From Patescibacteria group bacterium (lineage in GTDB: Bacteria > Patescibacteriota > Minisyncoccia > Phycocordibacterales > WO2-35-19): a stretch of DNA of 64,000 nt. The translations under genes were made by a program, and so were the position numbers. The stretch spans positions 1,768-65,767 of the forward strand of contig JBBTSI010000011.1 in assembly GCA_038064735.1 (NCBI GenBank), written 5' to 3'. The notes under the pieces were generated by a model. That model had not been told where the DNA came from and ran no database searches. It was given only the letters and a program-made list of their open reading frames with translations. This document shows, one piece after another, positions 46,102-54,756 of the stretch; within the stretch, counting starts at the first letter, position 1; each line of letters begins with the position of its first letter.

Positions 46102-46134
46102 AAACGGCTCAACGACAACTATCGTTGAGCCGTT
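46102..46134. repeat. hairpin repeat copy 2
   Basis: AAACGGCTCAACGA-N6-TCGTTGAGCCGTT; same arms as 14439. Confidence 0.7.
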
Positions 46135-46159
46135 CGGGTTTTTGTTGTATATTATATTT

Positions 46160-48496
46160 ATGCAACCATACGACCCAGCCAAAATTGAAAAAAAGTGGCA
46201 AGCAGTTTGGGAGAAGAAAAAAGTCTTTCAGGCGCAAGATAGTGGCAAAAAACCTAAATACTACATATTAGATATGTTTCCATATCCTTCAGGAGAAGGT
46301 CTCCATGTAGGCCACCCCAAAGGTTATATCGCGACAGATGTAATGTCTCGTGCCAAAAGAATGCAAGGATTCAACGTCCTACATCCGATGGGTTTTGACG
46401 CATTCGGTCTGCCTGCTGAAAATTATGCTATCGCAACTAAAACTAACCCGGATGTTGCTGTAAAAAAGAATGTTGCCAGATTTAAAAAACAACTCGAGAT
46501 TATCGGTCTTGATTATGATTGGTCGCGAGAAATAAATACTACTGACCCCAAATATTATAAATGGACTCAATGGATTTTCCTCAAACTTTTAGAAAAAGGT
46601 TTGGCATATGAATCAAACGAGCCTGTCAACTGGTGTCCTAAAGATAAAACTGTTTTATCTAACGAAGATGTAGAAAACGGCAAATGCGAAAGATGTGGCA
46701 CTGTCGTAGAAAAAAAACCAATGCGACAATGGGTTTTGAAAATTACAGCTTACGCCGACCAAATGTTAAAAGATCTTGATTTGCTCGATTGGCCAGAAGC
46801 TATCAAAGAAAGTCAGAGAAATTGGATAGGGAAGTCAGAAGGGGCGGAAGTAGATTTCAAAATGAAAAACAGAACTGAAGTAATAAAAGTATTCACAACC
46901 AGAATAGATACTTTAATGGGTGCTACTTATGTCGTACTGGCACCAGAACATGAATTGATTTCAAAATTAAAACCTCAGATTGAAAATTGGGAAGAGATAG
47001 AAAAATACAGACAAGAAGTAAAGAAAAAAACTGAAATAGAAAGAACTAACGAAGAAAAAGAAAAAACCGGAGCGAAAATCAAAGGAGTGAAAGCGGTCAA
47101 TCCTGCAAACGGAGAAGAAATCCCAATCTGGATAGCAGATTATGTCCTAAATAATTATGGAACGGGAGCTATAATGGCTGTACCATCACACGATGAGAGA
47201 GATTTGGCTTTTGCTAAAAAATACAATTTACCAATAAAAGAAATCACTCTTGATTGGAGCCTTTTAGAAAAATTTGGGAAAAAAGTAGTGAAATTTAAAT
47301 TGCGGGATTGGGTTTTTAGCAGACAGAGATACTGGGGCGAGCCAATACCAGTTTTACATGACGGCGAAAATATTGTGCCTTTATCAGAAAAAGATTTACC
47401 ACTTGAATTACCAAAAGTAAAATCATATGAACCATCTGGGACGGGAGAATCACCTCTCGCAAACATTTCAAAATGGGTCAATATTAAAATCGGCAAAGGT
47501 AAAAATGCAAAAATGATGAGGAGGGAAACAAACACCATGCCACAGTGGGCAGGATCTTCTTGGTATTACCTTCGTTATATGGACCCAAAAAACAATAAAG
47601 CATTGGTTGATTCAAAAAAAGAAAAATACTGGAACTCTGTTGATATGTATGTTGGTGGCGCAGAACATGCAACCAGACATCTTATATATGCAAGATTTTG
47701 GCATAAATTTCTTTTTGATATTGGAGTAGTTTCCACCAAAGAGCCTTTCAAAAAATTACAAAGTGTAGGGCTCATAATGGGAGCGGACGGAAGAAAGATG
47801 TCAAAAAGATTTGGTAACGTCATAAATCCTGACAACATCATTAAAACTTTTGGCGCCGACACTCTGCGTGTTTACGAAATGTTCATGGGACCGTTTGACC
47901 AGGCGATACCTTGGGGTGAAGACAATATTATTGGTGTCAGAAGATTCCTTGAGAGAGTTTGGAAATTGCAATTCAAGATTTCTAAAACTGCCAAAGCCAG
48001 TGAAAAGTTTGAAACTTTACTACATAAAACTATCAAAAAAGTTGGGGAAGATATTGAGTCTATGAGCTTCAACACGGCTATTTCTAGTATGATGATTTTG
48101 ACCAACGAAATGGATAAACAAAAAGAAATTTCCAAAGAAGATTTTGGAGCATTTTTGAAGATTCTCTCGCCATTTGCCCCTCATATCGCCGAAGAAATTT
48201 GGGCAAATTTAGGCAACCCCACTTCGCAAAAGCTTCGCGGGACAGGTAAAGCCCTCATTGCAACCGAAAGTTGGCCGGAGTTTGATAAAAACAAGATTAT
48301 TGAAGACAAAACAAATATCGTAGTTCAAATAAATGGAAAGGTCCGCGCCCAGTTTGAAGCTGAGATTGGTATTTCTGAATCGGAGGCTAAAAATAAAGCT
48401 ATTTCTATGCCAGAGGTTCAAAAATGGTTAGAAGGAAAGGAAGTAAAAAAGGTGATTTTCGTACCCAACAAAATCATTAATTTCGTGGTATTGTAA
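46160..48496 (+). CDS. leuS: leucine--tRNA ligase
   Basis: MFPYPSG.GLHVGH, GFDAFGLPAEN, SRQRYWGEPIP, KMSK. Confidence 0.97.
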   Translation: MQPYDPAKIEKKWQAVWEKKKVFQAQDSGKKPKYYILDMFPYPSGEGLHVGHPKGYIATDVMSRAKRMQGFNVLHPMGFDAFGLPAENYAIATKTNPDVAVKKNVARFKKQLEIIGLDYDWSREINTTDPKYYKWTQWIFLKLLEKGLAYESNEPVNWCPKDKTVLSNEDVENGKCERCGTVVEKKPMRQWVLKITAYADQMLKDLDLLDWPEAIKESQRNWIGKSEGAEVDFKMKNRTEVIKVFTTRIDTLMGATYVVLAPEHELISKLKPQIENWEEIEKYRQEVKKKTEIERTNEEKEKTGAKIKGVKAVNPANGEEIPIWIADYVLNNYGTGAIMAVPSHDERDLAFAKKYNLPIKEITLDWSLLEKFGKKVVKFKLRDWVFSRQRYWGEPIPVLHDGENIVPLSEKDLPLELPKVKSYEPSGTGESPLANISKWVNIKIGKGKNAKMMRRETNTMPQWAGSSWYYLRYMDPKNNKALVDSKKEKYWNSVDMYVGGAEHATRHLIYARFWHKFLFDIGVVSTKEPFKKLQSVGLIMGADGRKMSKRFGNVINPDNIIKTFGADTLRVYEMFMGPFDQAIPWGEDNIIGVRRFLERVWKLQFKISKTAKASEKFETLLHKTIKKVGEDIESMSFNTAISSMMILTNEMDKQKEISKEDFGAFLKILSPFAPHIAEEIWANLGNPTSQKLRGTGKALIATESWPEFDKNKIIEDKTNIVVQINGKVRAQFEAEIGISESEAKNKAISMPEVQKWLEGKEVKKVIFVPNKIINFVVL
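48217..48243 (+). repeat. short palindromic element in-frame in leuS
   Basis: CCCCACTTCGCAAAAGCTTCGCGGGAC encoding PTSQKLRG after EEIWANLGN. Confidence 0.8.
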
Positions 48497-48502
48497 CAAA
48501 AT

Positions 48503-48530
48503 TTGACAAAAAATCGGTCTGTGATATTGT
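48503..48530 (+). promoter_or_regulatory. sigma70 promoter
   Basis: TTGACA-N16-TATTGT with TGn extension. Confidence 0.6.
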
Positions 48531-48590
48531 GGAATGTATCAAATATATAAAAATAGTCGTCACAATTAATTAATAATTTTGAATAATTAC

Positions 48591-49646
48591 ATGAAAAAAG
48601 AAGTCGCCAAAAATAAAATATTTACTCTTTCTTTCAACCCTAAACAAGTTGTCAAAAAGCTTTTGAGTTCTTTGCCTGACAGAGCACAAGATGTCATCGT
48701 TGGCAGATTTGGATTAAATGCAACTGGCGACGATATGACTTTGGAAGCTATCGGCAAAAAATATGGTATCACCCGCGAAAGAGTCAGGCAGATAGAGAAT
48801 TATGCTATCAATCATATCCGCAAAGCTGACACTTTTGAAAAAGAATCTGTCGTCTTTGATGAACTTAAAGCTACTGTGAGCAAAATGGGAGGAGTGGTTT
48901 CCGAAAACGATTTGCTAGAACATTTAGGTAAAGATACTGTCACTAAAAAATACATTCACTTCCTTTTGGTAGTTGGTGACGATTTTAATAAAATAAAAGA
49001 AGATGTAGAATTTAAACATCATTGGCATGTAGACAAAGAATTGGCTGAAAAAATCCACGGGGCACTTCGCGACCTTTATACCAAACTCGGTGATGATGAA
49101 ATTATTCCTGAATCAGAAATTGTAAATTCTTTCCTTGGTCATTTGAAAGAAATTTCTGAAGATTACAAACAAGACGAAATACTCACTCGCTGGCTTGCTA
49201 TTTCCAAAAACATCGCCAAAAATCCGCTCGGCGAATGGGGCAAATCCAAATCTTCAAACATCAAAACTAAAGGTGTACGCGATTATGCATACCTTATATT
49301 GCGCAGACATGGAAGCCCGATACATTTCCGTGAAGTTGCCAAACTTATAAGTGAAGTTTTTGATAAAAAAGCTCACGTCGCTACTACCCACAACGAACTC
49401 ATTAAAGATTCTCGTTTCGTACTAGTTGGCCGAGGTCTCTACGCTCTCAAAGAATGGGGTTACTCAACTGGTGTCGTCAGAGATGTCATCAGAGAAATCC
49501 TCAAGAAAAACAGCCCGCTTTCCAAAGAAGAAGTTTTGGAAAAAGTAATGAAAGAGCGCTATGTCAAACCCAACACTGTCATGGTCAACCTTCAAAACCC
49601 AAAATACTTCAAAAAGAATAAGCAAGGATTGTACACGGTAGTATAA
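48591..49646 (+). CDS. sigma70 region-4 HTH plus winged-helix (HARE-HTH-like) protein
   Basis: RFGL...TLEAIG..YGITRERVRQIE; C-terminal PIHF.EVA...HNELI.D.RFVLVGRG.YAL.EWG. Confidence 0.8.
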   Translation: MKKEVAKNKIFTLSFNPKQVVKKLLSSLPDRAQDVIVGRFGLNATGDDMTLEAIGKKYGITRERVRQIENYAINHIRKADTFEKESVVFDELKATVSKMGGVVSENDLLEHLGKDTVTKKYIHFLLVVGDDFNKIKEDVEFKHHWHVDKELAEKIHGALRDLYTKLGDDEIIPESEIVNSFLGHLKEISEDYKQDEILTRWLAISKNIAKNPLGEWGKSKSSNIKTKGVRDYAYLILRRHGSPIHFREVAKLISEVFDKKAHVATTHNELIKDSRFVLVGRGLYALKEWGYSTGVVRDVIREILKKNSPLSKEEVLEKVMKERYVKPNTVMVNLQNPKYFKKNKQGLYTVV

Positions 49647-49681
49647 TTTTCAATTTTCAATTCATATAGTATAATTACTAT

Positions 49682-50926
49682 ATGTCTGGTTTTATACCCC
49701 CTGAAATTTGGAATGGATTTCTCTTGGCATTTAAATATGTTTATATAGGATTACCAATTTGGTTGCCGGCGATTTTTTTGATGATGCTGTTCAATGCTTT
49801 CCTATATTATAAAAGATTGAAATATTGGCAAAAAGAAGGTTCTGTTTTACTCGAAATAAAATTACCAAAAGAAATATCAAAATCACCAGCCGCTATGGAA
49901 GCGGTTTTAGGAGCTTTACATCAAACCGGAAAAGAAGGTACTTGGGTAGACAGGATTTGGAAAGGCCAAACTAGGCCTTGGTTTTCATTGGAAATAATTT
50001 CGGAAGGAGGTAACATCAGATTTTTCATTTGGACCAAACTTGCACACCGTAACCCCGTCGAAGCCCATATATATTCTCAATATCCCGGTGTAGAAATTTA
50101 CGAAGTAGAAGATTATTCCAAACCTTTTTATTACGACCCAGAAAAATTTTCAGCTTGGATTGGAGGTTTCGCCCTCACTACCAAAGATGCTTATCCTATA
50201 AAAACTTATATTGACTATGGACTAGAAAAAGATCCAAAAGAAGAATTCAAAGTTGACCCAATGACTCCCCTTATTGAATTTTTAGGATCAATCACTGCTG
50301 GACAAAATATTTGGATTCAAATATTAATACGTGGTCATAAAAAAAGAAGATTTTACGAAGTTTTTGGTGAAAAAGAAGACACATGGAAAGATGAGGCTAA
50401 AAATGAAATCAAGGAAATCATAGAGAAACTAAAAACCGAAGGTAGCAACTTCCCCAGAATCATGACCGAGGGAGAAAGGAACAAAGTAGCCGCCCTAGAG
50501 AGAAGTGTCGCCAAATTTCCTTTTGATTGTGGAATCAGAGCTATTTATCTAACCGAAAAAGACAAATTTAATCCAGCAAATATCGGCGGTATTATTGGTG
50601 TTTGGAAACAATTTAGCTCTCCTGAACTCAACGGCTTCAAGCCCAATGGTTGGCACGCTCTTTTTGATTACCCTTGGGAGGAGTGGTTTAATGCCAAAGA
50701 AAAACTTATTCCAAAATTCTTGGACGAATACAAATTGCGCAGATTTTTTCACTCTCCTTTGAAACATAAAAAAGTTTGGGGCAAAGATGTTTATAATAAA
50801 CAAATAATCTTAAACACCGAAGAACTAGCGACTATTTTCCACTTCCCAGGAGCCATTGCTAGTACCCCTACTCTTGAAAAAATCCCTTCACTCAAATCAA
50901 AAGCACCATCAAATCTGCCTATCTAA
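49682..50926 (+). CDS. conserved hypothetical membrane-anchored protein
   Basis: N-terminal TM, LLEIKLP, FSLEI, YSQYP, YPIKTY, LNTEELATIFHFP. Confidence 0.75.
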   Translation: MSGFIPPEIWNGFLLAFKYVYIGLPIWLPAIFLMMLFNAFLYYKRLKYWQKEGSVLLEIKLPKEISKSPAAMEAVLGALHQTGKEGTWVDRIWKGQTRPWFSLEIISEGGNIRFFIWTKLAHRNPVEAHIYSQYPGVEIYEVEDYSKPFYYDPEKFSAWIGGFALTTKDAYPIKTYIDYGLEKDPKEEFKVDPMTPLIEFLGSITAGQNIWIQILIRGHKKRRFYEVFGEKEDTWKDEAKNEIKEIIEKLKTEGSNFPRIMTEGERNKVAALERSVAKFPFDCGIRAIYLTEKDKFNPANIGGIIGVWKQFSSPELNGFKPNGWHALFDYPWEEWFNAKEKLIPKFLDEYKLRRFFHSPLKHKKVWGKDVYNKQIILNTEELATIFHFPGAIASTPTLEKIPSLKSKAPSNLPI

Positions 50927-50933
50927 AATCGTT

Positions 50934-52007
50934 ATGAATTTTTGGTTAAAGTTAAAAGAAAAAGTGGCTGTTTTGCTTGAGCGTGAATCAAGCCATGTCC
51001 AGCTCATCGCTTGGCGAAATCGTGTCACCAAAATAGTAGTATTTTTTGATAAAAATATTCTAAAAATATTGGCTGGTGCTCTTTTGTTATTATTTTTTAT
51101 TTCCATATTTTATTTTTTGGCTTGGCGCGCACCAAGAGGTTTCCCTGATCAAGCTCTCGTCACAGTTGAAAAAGGTGAATCTCTTTCTCAGGTGGCCACT
51201 TCTTTTGAAGAAAAGAAAATTATCCGTTCCGATTTTTGGCTCAAAGCAATCATTTTCATTATGGGCGGTCAAAAAAGAGTAGTGGCTGGGGATTATTATT
51301 TCCCTTCATCAGTAAATGTTTTCAGAGTAGCAACCATGATCCACAACGGAAAATTTGGTCTAATTTCTATCAAAGTTACCATTCCCGAAGGATCTTCTTC
51401 TTATGAGATTGCTGAAATTTTAAAAAAAGAAATACCAAGTTTTGATTCCAAAGGATTCACCAGTGAAGTTACAGACAATAATTACGAAGGTTTCCTTTTT
51501 CCTGATACTTATTTCTTTACTCCCAATGTCAAAGCTCTCGACGTGATATTGATGATGCGGGAAAATTTCGCCAGACAAATAGATCCTTACAAAGAAGATA
51601 TTTTAAAATCTAAGAAATCGCTCAATGATATAGTTATCATGGCTTCGATTGTAGAAGATGAATCCAATAGTTCACAAGAAAACAAAAGAATTGTGGCAGG
51701 AATTTTGTGGGAAAGATTGCGTTTGAAGATGCCTCTCCAAGTTGATTCTGCTTTTCAATATTACAACGGTAAAAATTCTTACACTTTAACCAAAACAGAC
51801 TTAGCGGAAGATCACCCTTACAACACTTACGTCAACAAAGGCTTACCACCAACAGCAATCACTAACCCAGGAATTGAATCTATCAAGGCAGCTATTGCTC
51901 CAACTCAAACTAAATATTTATATTTCTTATCAGACAAAAAAGGCAATATGTACTATGCCAAAGATTTTGAAGAACATAAATTAAATAGAGAGCTTTATTT
52001 GAATTGA
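50934..52007 (+). CDS. mltG: endolytic transglycosylase MltG
   Basis: TIPEG, EGFLFPDTY, ASIVE.E, MPLQVD, PYNTY...GLPP..I.NPG, YLYF. Confidence 0.92.
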   Translation: MNFWLKLKEKVAVLLERESSHVQLIAWRNRVTKIVVFFDKNILKILAGALLLLFFISIFYFLAWRAPRGFPDQALVTVEKGESLSQVATSFEEKKIIRSDFWLKAIIFIMGGQKRVVAGDYYFPSSVNVFRVATMIHNGKFGLISIKVTIPEGSSSYEIAEILKKEIPSFDSKGFTSEVTDNNYEGFLFPDTYFFTPNVKALDVILMMRENFARQIDPYKEDILKSKKSLNDIVIMASIVEDESNSSQENKRIVAGILWERLRLKMPLQVDSAFQYYNGKNSYTLTKTDLAEDHPYNTYVNKGLPPTAITNPGIESIKAAIAPTQTKYLYFLSDKKGNMYYAKDFEEHKLNRELYLN

Positions 52008-52030
52008 TTTTTCTGATACATTGTGTGCCT

Positions 52031-53239
52031 ATGAAAAAAGTGAATATAATTCATCCTGAGAAAAGTCGAATGGTATTTGTGGGATTATCTGGAGGTGTAG
52101 ACAGCGCTGTAAGTGCCGCTTTACTCAAAAAAGACGGTTTCAATGTGACCGGAGTTTTTATCAAAGCTTGGACTCCCGAGGGTTATCCTTGCACTTGGAA
52201 AGAAGACAGGCGAAGCGCGATGAAAGTAGCGGCTATTTTGGATATTCCTTTTATCACACTTGATTTGGAAAAAGAATACAAAAAAGAAGTAGTGGACTAT
52301 ATGATCGCTGAATACAAAACCGGACGAACACCAAACCCCGATGTGATGTGTAACAAAGAAATCAAGTTTGGTCATTTCTTAAAATTCGCCCTAAAAAATG
52401 GTGCCAATTTCGTAGCCACGGGACACTACGCACAAATATCACACTCAAAGTTGCCCAGAAAAGTTCTCGAGAAAAGTCTGGCCTGTGCAACAAGGAGACC
52501 CGAGGACTTTTCAGAGAGAAGCTTTTCTGGGCAACTTTTAGAAGGAAAAGACAAAAATAAAGACCAGAGTTATTTTTTATGGACTCTTACTCAAGAACAA
52601 CTTAAACATATTTTATTTCCAATTGGTGGTTTACAAAAATCTGAAGTCAGAAAACTGGCAGACAAATTTGGTTTGCCTCAAGCTACTCGCAAAGATAGCC
52701 AAGGACTCTGTTTTCTCGGCAAAGTGGATATGAAAGAATTTTTGTCACGTTATATGCCACCCCAAAAAGGAAACGTAATAAACGAAAATGAGGAAATTAT
52801 CGGCACACATAACGGCGCTTTATTTTTTACTATCGGTGAACGCCATGGCTTCACCATCACCAAAAAATCTGAAAAAGAAGAACCTCTATATGTTACCGCT
52901 AAAAATATTGAAAAAAATACCATCATGGTTGCTTCCATCGCCAGAAAAAAATTGCCCCTGAAAAAGTCCTCGGGTCTCCTCGCTGAAGCTCGGCCAGACT
53001 TTTCCATTGACAATTTTCTTTCTGGCTGCAGTTCTGTGTTTTTAAAAGATATAAATATTACAGAGAAAATACCAAACAAAAACCTGACTTGCCGTATCAG
53101 ATACAGACAAGAAAAAATCGGATGTAAAATGGATAGAGATAAAGTAACTTTTAACAAATCCCAAATGGGAGTGGCTCCAGGCCAATCTCTAGTTTTATAT
53201 CAAGATGAAGTTTGTTTAGGTGGTGGTATAATAAAATAA
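52031..53239 (+). CDS. mnmA: tRNA 2-thiouridylase MnmA with two insertions
   Basis: SGGVDS, GRTPNPDV.CN..IKF, ATGHYA, KDQSYFL, DSQGLCF, TIGERHG, PGQ..V.Y. Confidence 0.96.
   Translation: MKKVNIIHPEKSRMVFVGLSGGVDSAVSAALLKKDGFNVTGVFIKAWTPEGYPCTWKEDRRSAMKVAAILDIPFITLDLEKEYKKEVVDYMIAEYKTGRTPNPDVMCNKEIKFGHFLKFALKNGANFVATGHYAQISHSKLPRKVLEKSLACATRRPEDFSERSFSGQLLEGKDKNKDQSYFLWTLTQEQLKHILFPIGGLQKSEVRKLADKFGLPQATRKDSQGLCFLGKVDMKEFLSRYMPPQKGNVINENEEIIGTHNGALFFTIGERHGFTITKKSEKEEPLYVTAKNIEKNTIMVASIARKKLPLKKSSGLLAEARPDFSIDNFLSGCSSVFLKDINITEKIPNKNLTCRIRYRQEKIGCKMDRDKVTFNKSQMGVAPGQSLVLYQDEVCLGGGIIK
52447..52538 (+). mobile_element. palindromic element 1 in-frame in mnmA
   Basis: Perfect 17-bp terminal IR AAAGTTGCCCAGAAAAG/CTTTTCTGGGCAACTTT, inner GAAAAGTC/GACTTTTC. 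Confidence 0.85.
52940..53026 (-). mobile_element. palindromic element 2 in-frame in mnmA (opposite orientation)
   Basis: GCCAGAAA/TTTCTGGC ends; core GTCCTCGGGTCTCCT...GGCCAGAC is the reverse complement of the element 1 core; 87 bp. Confidence 0.85.
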
Positions 53240-53244
53240 TGAAT

Positions 53245-53305
53245 CCCGTTAGAAATTTATGGGATTATAAAGTAAAAAGAAATATTAATAGTTATTTCTA
53301 ACGGG
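53245..53305. mobile_element. 61-bp MITE-like element with 12-bp TIR and 6-bp flanking direct repeat
   Basis: CCCGTTAGAAAT...ATTTCTAACGGG flanked by ATGAAT at 53239-53244 and 53306-53311. Confidence 0.75.
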
Positions 53306-54136
53306 ATGAATAATAAATACATTATAAAAGCGACTGGTGAAAGAGAGGAATTTAATCCTCAAAAATTACAAGATTCTTTGATGCGAGCCGGAGCCAGCGA
53401 AGAAGAAGTTAATAGTATTGTTGAAAAAATAGAAAAAGAACTCCAAGACGGTGCCAGCACTAAAGATATTTATATACATGCCTTTAAACTTTTGAAAAAA
53501 GAAGGGAGTCAGGCAACACCAAGATATTCACTTCGCCGAGCAGTAATGGAACTTGGGCCAACTGGTTTTCCTTTTGAACAATTTGTTGCTGAAATATTCC
53601 GCACTAAAGGTTTTGAAACTCAAACTGACTTCATTGCTCAAGGTCAGTGTGCCGAACACGAAGTTGATATAGTCGCATGGAATAATGACAAACTTATAAT
53701 GGTAGAAGCTAAATTCCATAACGAACTCGGTATTAAATCCGATTTAAAAGTAGCGCTTTACGTCAATTCTCGTTGGGAAGATTTGGCAGAATCAACCTTC
53801 AATTTCGGTAAAGAAAGAAAATTAGATGAAGGTTGGCTTATCACCAATACCAAATTTTCCGAATCAGCTGTAAATTACGCCAAATGCAGAAATATGAAGT
53901 TAGTCGGCTGGAACTATCCAGAAAAGGGCAACCTGCAAGATTTAATAGAAGAAGCTAATTTGCACCCTATCACTTGCCTCAACTCAAGTACCCCTAGTGA
54001 TGAAAAGCTTTTGATGGAAGCCGGTATCGTACTTTGCAAACAAGCCCGCGACAATCCTGATATTTTAAAACAAGCTGGTCTCTCTCCAGAAAAAATTGCA
54101 AAAATGATGACAGAAATTGATTTGATACAAAAATAA
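53306..54136 (+). CDS. ATP-cone domain fused to a PD-(D/E)xK (Mrr-like) endonuclease domain
   Basis: IIKATGEREEFN..KL..SL..AG; GFPFEQFVAEIF...G, EVDIVA...VEAK, LITNTKFS..A..YA. Confidence 0.82.
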   Translation: MNNKYIIKATGEREEFNPQKLQDSLMRAGASEEEVNSIVEKIEKELQDGASTKDIYIHAFKLLKKEGSQATPRYSLRRAVMELGPTGFPFEQFVAEIFRTKGFETQTDFIAQGQCAEHEVDIVAWNNDKLIMVEAKFHNELGIKSDLKVALYVNSRWEDLAESTFNFGKERKLDEGWLITNTKFSESAVNYAKCRNMKLVGWNYPEKGNLQDLIEEANLHPITCLNSSTPSDEKLLMEAGIVLCKQARDNPDILKQAGLSPEKIAKMMTEIDLIQK

Positions 54137-54754
54137 ATGGAAGAAAAAAAAGAATTGATGCGACAAATCAAAGATGAAGTAGTGGATTTGAAAAAGTCGC
54201 CACTTTATAAATATCGCACTGAAAATAATTATTTACCAGTAATAGGCGAGGGGAGTCACAATGCCAAAATAATGTTTATCGGCGAAGCTCCGGGTCGCAA
54301 TGAAGCCAAAACTGGCCGGCCTTTCTGCGGTGCCGCTGGTAGAGTCTTGGACCAGCTTTTAGAAAACGCAGGAATCAAAAGAGAAGAAGTTTATATCACC
54401 AACATCGTCAAAGACCGCCCGCCCGAAAATCGCGACCCAAGTCCTGAAGAAATCAAAATTTACGGACCGTTTTTGGATAGGCAAATAGAAATCATCCAGC
54501 CCAAAATCATCGCCACCCTCGGCCGTTACGCGATGGGTTATGTCATGACCAAATTAAGCTTGGAAGATAAGCTTGAACCCATAGGTAAAATGCATGGCCG
54601 AGTTTTTGCTGTGCCAGAAGAAGCCTTAGCGAAGTTGGGATACAAAGGTTGTGAAGTCAAAGTCGTGCCTCTCTATCACCCTTGTGTCGCCGTCTACAAT
54701 CCACACAATCTCGATTCTCTCAAAAAAGAATTTGAAGTTTTGAAAGATTTGTAA
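54137..54754 (+). CDS. uracil-DNA glycosylase family 4
   Basis: IGEAPG..E...GRPF.G.AG, YITN.VK.RPP.NR.P, TLGR, YHP. Confidence 0.92.
   Translation: MEEKKELMRQIKDEVVDLKKSPLYKYRTENNYLPVIGEGSHNAKIMFIGEAPGRNEAKTGRPFCGAAGRVLDQLLENAGIKREEVYITNIVKDRPPENRDPSPEEIKIYGPFLDRQIEIIQPKIIATLGRYAMGYVMTKLSLEDKLEPIGKMHGRVFAVPEEALAKLGYKGCEVKVVPLYHPCVAVYNPHNLDSLKKEFEVLKDL
54613..54639 (-). repeat. short palindromic element in-frame in the UDG gene
   Basis: Reverse complement CCCAACTTCGCTAAGGCTTCTTCTGGC; encodes PEEALAKLG. Confidence 0.65.
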
Positions 54755-54756
54755 AT

